DNA of 64,000 nucleotides from Nitrospirota bacterium (GTDB lineage Bacteria; Nitrospirota; UBA9217): NCBI GenBank assembly GCA_963740085.1, contig CAVUCU010000005.1, positions 1 to 64,000 of the forward strand, read 5' to 3'. Shown piece by piece: positions 58,870 to 64,000 of this stretch (position 1 is its first letter; each line of letters starts with the position of its first letter). The notes under the pieces were generated by a model. It saw only the letters and a program-made list of their open reading frames with translations, ran no database searches and was not told where the DNA came from. The position numbers and the translations under genes were made by a program.

Positions 58870-61326
58870 GTGGATATCAAGAACCGTGAGGTACCGGCAG
58901 CCGAACTCAGACCCGCGTGCGATCCGGCGGAATTTCCCTTTACGACCACTGCCGAACTGCCGCTCAGGGACGAGGTCATCGGCCAGACGCGGGCAGTGAA
59001 GGCGATCGAGTTCGGCATCTCCATCCGCAATCACGGGTACAACATCTTCGTGTCCGGCGTCCCGGGCACGGGCCGGAACTCCATTACCGGATCCATCGTC
59101 AAGCGGATCTCCCTGGACCAGCCGGTTCCCGATGACTGGTGCTACATCAACAACTTCAAGGAAGCCGACCGGCCGCGCGCGATCAAACTGCCGCCGGGCA
59201 GGGGCCGTGAGTTCAGGAACGACGTCGAGAAGTTCATCGGGTTCATGCAGAGTGAGATCCCCAAGGTCTTCGAATCCAAGGAATATGAAGAACAGAAATC
59301 GCGCATCGTGGACGAGGCGGAGAAGGCCAAGGAGGTCCTGTTTGCCGAGGCCGGCAAGAGCGCTCTCGAACTGGGGTTTCAGCTGACCATCACCCGCACC
59401 GGCATCGTCAAGGTTCCGATGTGGAAGGGCAAGCCGCTGACGCCCCAGGAGCTCGGATCCCTCTCATCCGATCAGCGGCACGAGCTTGAGGAACATGAGA
59501 AAAAGGTTGACGAGGAGATACGCGATTTTCTGTCCAAGGCGCGCCTGCTGGAGAAAGCGGCGCACGAAAAGGTACATGAGCTCAACCGGCACGTCGCGCA
59601 TTTTTCCATGGGACACCAGCTCGACGACCTGAAGGAGAAGTACCGCGTCAATCCCCGCATTCCGGAGTATCTCGCGGAGGTCGAGGAAGACGTCCTGAAT
59701 AATCTGCGTGAGTTTCTGGGCCAGACGCCGGAACTGCAGTTCCCGATCGAGGGCATGGACAAGGCGAGCTTCCTCGAGCGCTACAAGGTGAACGTGATCG
59801 TGGACAACGCCGGGACCAAAGGAGGTCCGGTCATCGAGGAAGCCAATCCGACGTACAACAACCTCATTGGCCGCATCGAGCGCAAGGCGCGGTTCGGCGC
59901 TCTCTTCACGAACTTCACTATGATCCGGTCGGGCTCGCTGCTCCAGGCGAACGGCGGCTTCCTGATCCTGAACGCCCTCGACGTGCTGCGCAATCCTTTC
60001 TCCTGGGACGCGATCAAGCGGGTCATCAAAAAAAGCGAGGTGAAGGTCGAGGATCTGGCCGAGCTCTACGGCATTACGACCGGCGGCCTCAAGGCCGAAC
60101 CCATCCCGGTCTCGCTCAAGCTTATCTTGCTCGGCAGCCCCTCGCTCTATTACCTCCTCTACTACTATGACGAAGACTTCAGGGACCTCTTCAAGGTCAA
60201 GTCCGACTTCGACACGCAAACCGCCGGCTCCGGAGATGAAAAGATGCGGTATGCGAACTTCGTCGGCGCAATGGTGAAAAAGGACGGCCTTCTCCCCTTT
60301 GACCGGATCGCGGTCGCCTGCGTCGTGGACCATGCCGTGCGTCTTGCCGGCAAACAGAACAAGCTTTCGCTTCGTTTCAGCGAACTGTCGGACCTGGTGC
60401 GCGAGTCGTCGTACTGGGCGGCACAGGCGGGAAGCAGCGTGGTAATGGCCGGGCATGTGGAGAAGGCTCTGGAAGAAAAGGTTTACCGGGCAAATTTGAT
60501 CGACGAGCGAATCCAGGAGCTGTTCGCCGAGGGAACGCTGATGGTCGACGTCTCGGGCTCCGCGATCGCGCAGGTGAACGGGCTGTCCGTGTACGATATC
60601 GGCAATTTTTTCTTCGGCAAACCCTCACGCATCACCAGCCGGGTCTACCTCGGCAAGGCGGGGGTCATCAACATCGAGCGCGAAGCCAAGCTCTCGGGCC
60701 GCATCTACAACAAGGGCGTGCTCATCCTCTCGGGCTATCTCGGAGGCGCCTACGCCCAGGACAAGACACTTTCGGTCTCGGCGACCATTGCCTTTGAGCA
60801 GAGCTACGGCGAGGTGGAGGGCGACAGCGCCTCGGCCGCGGAGGCTGTCGCGCTCATCTCAGGCATCGCCGAGGCGCCGGTAAAGCAGAACATCGCCATC
60901 ACCGGCTCGATCAACCAGAAGGGCGAGATCCAGCCGATCGGCGGGGTGAATGAAAAGATCGAAGGCTTCTTTGCCGTATGCAGGAACCGCGGACTGACAG
61001 GAGACCAGGGCGTTATCATTCCGGAACTGAACAGGAAGAACCTGATGCTCAGGAAGGAAGTCGTGGACGCGGTGAAGGACGGCAAATTCCGGATCTATGC
61101 GATCAAGACCGTGAATGACGCGCTGGAGATCCTGACAGGACTTCCCGCGGGCGACCGCAATGAGGATGGCGCCTGGCCCGAGGGGTCGATCAACTTCCTG
61201 GTGGACAAACGGCTCAGGGAAATGTCGAAGAAGCTGAAGGCCGACGATAAGGGCGAGGAGAAAAAGGAGAAGAAGGAAGAGAACAACGAGCAGGTTCCGA
61301 AGAAGACCCCGCAGCCGGAAGAGTAG
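58870..61326 (+). CDS. Lon-like protease (LonB/LonC type, AAA plus S16 protease domain)
   Basis: IGQTRA, GVPGTGR, ANGGFLIL, FEQSY..VEGDSAS (catalytic Ser) and IGGVNEKIEGFF (Lys); AAGGAGG RBS before GTG 58870. Confidence 0.93.
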   Translation: MDIKNREVPAAELRPACDPAEFPFTTTAELPLRDEVIGQTRAVKAIEFGISIRNHGYNIFVSGVPGTGRNSITGSIVKRISLDQPVPDDWCYINNFKEADRPRAIKLPPGRGREFRNDVEKFIGFMQSEIPKVFESKEYEEQKSRIVDEAEKAKEVLFAEAGKSALELGFQLTITRTGIVKVPMWKGKPLTPQELGSLSSDQRHELEEHEKKVDEEIRDFLSKARLLEKAAHEKVHELNRHVAHFSMGHQLDDLKEKYRVNPRIPEYLAEVEEDVLNNLREFLGQTPELQFPIEGMDKASFLERYKVNVIVDNAGTKGGPVIEEANPTYNNLIGRIERKARFGALFTNFTMIRSGSLLQANGGFLILNALDVLRNPFSWDAIKRVIKKSEVKVEDLAELYGITTGGLKAEPIPVSLKLILLGSPSLYYLLYYYDEDFRDLFKVKSDFDTQTAGSGDEKMRYANFVGAMVKKDGLLPFDRIAVACVVDHAVRLAGKQNKLSLRFSELSDLVRESSYWAAQAGSSVVMAGHVEKALEEKVYRANLIDERIQELFAEGTLMVDVSGSAIAQVNGLSVYDIGNFFFGKPSRITSRVYLGKAGVINIEREAKLSGRIYNKGVLILSGYLGGAYAQDKTLSVSATIAFEQSYGEVEGDSASAAEAVALISGIAEAPVKQNIAITGSINQKGEIQPIGGVNEKIEGFFAVCRNRGLTGDQGVIIPELNRKNLMLRKEVVDAVKDGKFRIYAIKTVNDALEILTGLPAGDRNEDGAWPEGSINFLVDKRLREMSKKLKADDKGEEKKEKKEENNEQVPKKTPQPEE

Positions 61327-61889
61327 AATTGTTTGACAACTATGCTGGCGCGCGTGCTTGTTCCATTCAGGTTGGATTGTACATATGCTGGCTTGTGGAT
61401 GAAGTGCGAACTTCCCTACATCCTGCAATGCCAATATTGTGACGAGGGTAAAGAATTCAGGTAATATCATGCATTCTCCCGGCGATTGCGAAACGCTGGG
61501 AGAATTCGCGCGTGAGCGTCGGTTTTTAGACAGCTCGGGACCTAAACGGTTAGGATCAACTTGTCGGGTTTCGCTTTACTCAACCCGACCTACGAAACTA
61601 CCCCTTACCCGACTATTGTCGTTGCATACACCGGTTGTGGGCCGCGATATTTTCCTTCCGCATCACTATGCCTGTCCGCAAGCGCCGCAATTATCCATTC
61701 TGGAGTCTCCATATCCTTTTTCATTATGCGAAAGGCGCAGATCATGATGAAAAGAGAGCACCTTTCTTGACAATATCTAATATCGAGATATACTGAATAT
61801 AATGACTGTTTTGGAAGCGCGGCATTTCGAGTAATCCACGTAGCTTCACTCCGGAAACAATGGCAACGAGATGAGGAAAGGAGGAACTC

Positions 61890-62420
61890 ATGCGACCATT
61901 CACGTCAGAAGCGGCAGAACAGGTCATCAGCCTTCTATGCTACAGCAGGACCGACGACAGGTATCATTACGGCCCTCGCGGGAAACCTACTACATGCGCG
62001 GGGGCATTCCGGCTTGCCGTAACCGTGAAGGCAGGCTCTCCTCCACAGCTGGTGCTATCCGACATCTATGATCCGTCCAGGTATCGAACGATAACCGTCG
62101 CGGACGCGGTGCAGCAGGGCGTCCTCGATCCGTCATGGGAAGATTTTGCCACAAAGCTCTATCTCAACGACCAGGACATTCTCTATATGTGCCTGATGAG
62201 CCGCGTAGAGCCGGTTCCTTTACGGCTTAACGATGTCGAGCGGGTGAAGTCCTACCGGGATCAGCACAATGACAAGGCCAGGTCCGTCAAGTGCACCTAC
62301 ATGCCCCATCTCCCTCGATCCAATGTTCACATGCGGTCCGTTTCCGGGAAAGCCGGAGGCGGACCCGGGAAACAGGACATGACGGGCGTGCACCAGCGCA
62401 AGAGGGCCAAGGCTTCATAG
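61890..62420 (+). CDS. Hypothetical protein
   Basis: AAGGAGG RBS before ATG; no family recognised. Confidence 0.55.
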   Translation: MRPFTSEAAEQVISLLCYSRTDDRYHYGPRGKPTTCAGAFRLAVTVKAGSPPQLVLSDIYDPSRYRTITVADAVQQGVLDPSWEDFATKLYLNDQDILYMCLMSRVEPVPLRLNDVERVKSYRDQHNDKARSVKCTYMPHLPRSNVHMRSVSGKAGGGPGKQDMTGVHQRKRAKAS

Positions 62421-63000
62421 CTGTTCACAGGTACAGGAAGGTCTTGTGCACTGCATGTTTCAATCGTAATTCATCATTTTCGATCGATCCGGGCCGTCAT
62501 GAGGTGCACCTGCAAATATGGAATGATGAAGGTACAAAAATAGTGCGGATTATGGGTTGATAATTGCACATAATGATAGTGGGTGTAAGCCAGCAGCACA
62601 TTGCATCTCGGGTCAGGATTTTGCGAATAATCTCTTCGAGCACTGCAATCTTGTCGGCCCACTCCTTCAGATCTTTGTCAATCACGACGAGCGATGTATG
62701 GTGGCGTCCTCGACTACCAACACCGTCCCCTCTCTTAATTCCCATGTCTGTGACACTTCTCCCACCTCCTTCATAACCGAATAAGAACATTTTATCCAAT
62801 AGCACCTCTCTACGCATTTCAATTGGAATTCGTCACTTCGCCTAAGACCCTGTCCTTCACAGACCTCCTACTATTATGCACTTTGGTTAAAACAAAAAAC
62901 GATCAATTACCGGTTGAAACATACTGAGTTCTTCTAGACGAAAAAGCAGCATGCATCCCGATAACCAAAACATCCCCAATAATGTATTCTTGTTTTATTC

Positions 63001-63882
63001 TCACATTGACATTGACATAGCGCGCATCACGAAATAGAGCGCCCCGGCAAAGAACATGCCCAGCAGGACGCCAAAAACCTCCAGCCAGAGCAGATGCGAT
63101 CTTATATTCTCTTCAATAATGTCACGTACCTTTGATGGTGCATACGTCGCAAGCTTGTCGGCGACCATGCCTTTTATATCAAGGTTGTCGAAGAACAGTT
63201 GCGCAATGGATCTGTCCGTATGGTAATGGCGGAGGACAAGCTCGTTGTTCGGCCTGAACAGGAAATCCTCGAGCGTACCGACCTTTTGATTGGTCCTGAG
63301 GATCATCTCCTTTGACACCCGCAACCGGTCTATTCTCTCCTGGAGCTCCCCTACGATTGCATCAGTCATCTCGTCATATTCTTTGATGCGCGTGACGTTC
63401 AGGAACTTTCCGAGAAATCCAAGCTTCGTCTTGAGCGCGTCTCTGATCTCGTCATGGACCTTCTGCGATAGCAGGTATTCACGGACATCGTCACGGAACT
63501 CATCGATCACGTTATTGATGATTTCCTCGGCCTTATCGTTATTGACCGGTTTGAGCAGCTTTTTCATTTCAGCCTGGAGCATCTCGCTGTTCACCAGGTG
63601 TGTTTCTACCGTCCTCGCGAGGGAACGTATGATATCCTTGTGCTTTTTGAGCAAAACACCGGATCCCGGCAGGAACGACTTCTTTTCAAAGAGCATCGTA
63701 ATGGCTATCTTGTTTGTGATGCCGCCTATGAACCCGCCCAGCAATACCTGTATCAAGAGAGCCTGGTAAGGGTAGGTATTGCCGGACAGCGATGCTATCA
63801 GCGCAAGCACCAAGCAGGCAAATACGATGAGGATCAGCCAGGGCGCTATGAGATCTGTCATCCTGGGTTTTCTATCGCTCAT
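63001..63882 (-). CDS. DUF445-family membrane protein
   Basis: GGFIGGITNKIAITMLF and C-terminal HLLWLEVFGVLLG. Confidence 0.85.
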   Translation of the reverse strand: MSDRKPRMTDLIAPWLILIVFACLVLALIASLSGNTYPYQALLIQVLLGGFIGGITNKIAITMLFEKKSFLPGSGVLLKKHKDIIRSLARTVETHLVNSEMLQAEMKKLLKPVNNDKAEEIINNVIDEFRDDVREYLLSQKVHDEIRDALKTKLGFLGKFLNVTRIKEYDEMTDAIVGELQERIDRLRVSKEMILRTNQKVGTLEDFLFRPNNELVLRHYHTDRSIAQLFFDNLDIKGMVADKLATYAPSKVRDIIEENIRSHLLWLEVFGVLLGMFFAGALYFVMRAMSMSM

Positions 63883-64000
63883 GAGGCACCTTCTCTACTG
63901 GGGTAAAACGCAATTTCTAATCCTGCTTTCCCTTAACTGAGTTGCAGGTTCAGTTAGGCATAGCGCAATCCAACGGCCATTGCGGTTTCACCCTGTCGTG

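Noticed and set aside
62497-62817. 106-aa minus-strand ORF
   Set aside because: No recognisable motif, and only a short central part looks coding; not enough support to call.

Overview
The window looks like two unrelated genomes joined at about 9.65-9.71 kb. Segment 1 (1-~9700) is very GC-rich by eye and resembles Actinomycetota, probably Thermoleophilia/Gaiellales (inference). It holds housekeeping genes: hrcA, hemW, lepA, a GNAT, murJ, rpsT, holA, comEC, comEA and the 3' end of leuS, several broken by indels that look like long-read errors. Segment 2 (~9700-64000) has moderate GC and resembles a Nitrospirota/deltaproteobacterial anaerobe (inference). It carries the tmk-holB-PSP1-metG-tatD/radical-SAM operon, an anthranilate/ADC synthase, pgk, an EmrAB-TolC pump, mltA, a pterin operon, a MalT-like regulator, a Lon-like protease and many small hypothetical genes. 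Main signals the ORF track misses: (1) a three-gene operon of a sensor kinase, a receiver-TPR-HEPN(RxxxxH) protein and a degenerate MotB/OmpA-like protein, possibly a phosphorylation-gated RNase; (2) a thioredoxin-like/MerB fusion read through an in-frame UGA with a SECIS-like hairpin, i.e. a hidden selenoprotein; (3) an unclassified ~310-nt structured RNA at 32722-33032 with its own promoter; (4) a probable 6S RNA at 14224-14383; (5) families of short palindromic MITE-like repeats, one sitting next to ribosome-binding sites and one inserted in frame in a gene. All family assignments come from motif recognition by eye; no database search was run.
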